Source: Candidatus Hydrogenedentota bacterium | GTDB taxonomy: Bacteria > Hydrogenedentota > Hydrogenedentia > Hydrogenedentales > GCA-2746185 | Assembly (NCBI GenBank): GCA_029937645.1 | Contig: JAPYPO010000004.1 | Location: 1 to 34,394 of the forward strand | DNA length: 34,394 bases | Reading direction: 5' to 3' | Part shown: piece by piece, positions 34,100 to 34,394 of the stretch | How the letters are laid out: every line of letters starts with the position of its first letter | Numbering within the stretch: the stretch's first letter is position 1 | Position numbers and translations under genes: made by a program | Notes under the pieces: generated by a model | Database searches by the model: none | The model's input: only the letters and a program-made list of their open reading frames with translations | What the model was told of the DNA's origin: nothing

Positions 34100-34151
34100 A
34101 CCGTACTCCTCATGTTTTCGAATTATCCTCAAAGGCATCAAGTAAGGGGAG

Positions 34152-34194
34152 GGCGGGCATCTTGCCCGCCATTTACTGCGGGCGAGACGCCCGC
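34152..34194. repeat. two tandem, related GC-rich hairpins (GGCGGGCA TCT TGCCCGCC and GCGGGCG AGA CGCCCGC)
   Basis: Stems at 34152-34159 / 34163-34170 and 34178-34184 / 34188-34194. Both share the core GCGGGC...GCCCGC. They lie 53-95 nt upstream of the beta-propeller gene start. Confidence 0.7.
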
Positions 34195-34394
34195 GCTCCC
34201 TTAGGCTTTCGGAGCGAAGACGCAAGAATACGGAATCCGTCCCCGCAGCTCCGCTCGGTTCGTCCCCATCCTGGAGTCCGCCAAGTTGGGGCAATTCGGC
34301 CAATGTAGCGCATGACGATACTTGTTTCAAGGTTACGTGGTCAGGGCAAACGCATCTAATTGTGCTATATCCTAGGATTTCCTGATCTAGGTGT

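Overview
High-GC bacterial chromosomal window; I cannot assign a taxon from sequence alone. I support about 28 protein-coding genes (one is a frameshifted pseudogene) and one tRNA. I found no rRNA, no CRISPR array and no recognisable defence system.

Gene content:
- The left edge (1-1877) is the right-hand end of an integrative element. It has a hypothetical ORF open to the window edge, an excisionase-like HTH gene and a tyrosine integrase, and it abuts the 3' end of tRNA-Asp(GTC). The cargo of this element lies off-window.
- Most of the rest is core metabolism: carA, a long-form glyA, argD-argF-argG-argH, glutamate dehydrogenase, a leuB-family dehydrogenase plus aroK, a class I aminotransferase and a divergent hisG-like gene.
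- Signalling genes are a cytoplasmic PAS hybrid histidine kinase and a REC-GAF-HD-GYP regulator.
- Accessory or envelope genes are an orphan sulfotransferase, a NatA-like ATPase with a NatB-like ABC-2 permease fused to a CPBP (CAAX/Abi) protease domain, a 666-aa polytopic membrane protein of unknown family, a carbamoyltransferase/GT4/GT4/PIG-L deacetylase operon, and a secreted beta-propeller protein.

Items most worth a second look:
1. Several structured intergenic palindromic elements. One is a 65-nt two-hairpin element present twice in inverted orientation, bracketing argH, the HD-GYP regulator and the aminotransferase. Two others are palindromes built from 8-nt and 10-nt tandem units.
2. 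The ABC-2 permease-CPBP fusion.
3. The glycosyltransferase/deacetylase/carbamoyltransferase cassette.
4. A decayed ABC ATPase abutting carA.
5. A roughly 0.5-kb non-coding gap with a terminator-like hairpin that no annotated gene explains.

I do not see a compelling novel multi-gene system. All functional calls are motif recognition by eye and were not checked against any database.
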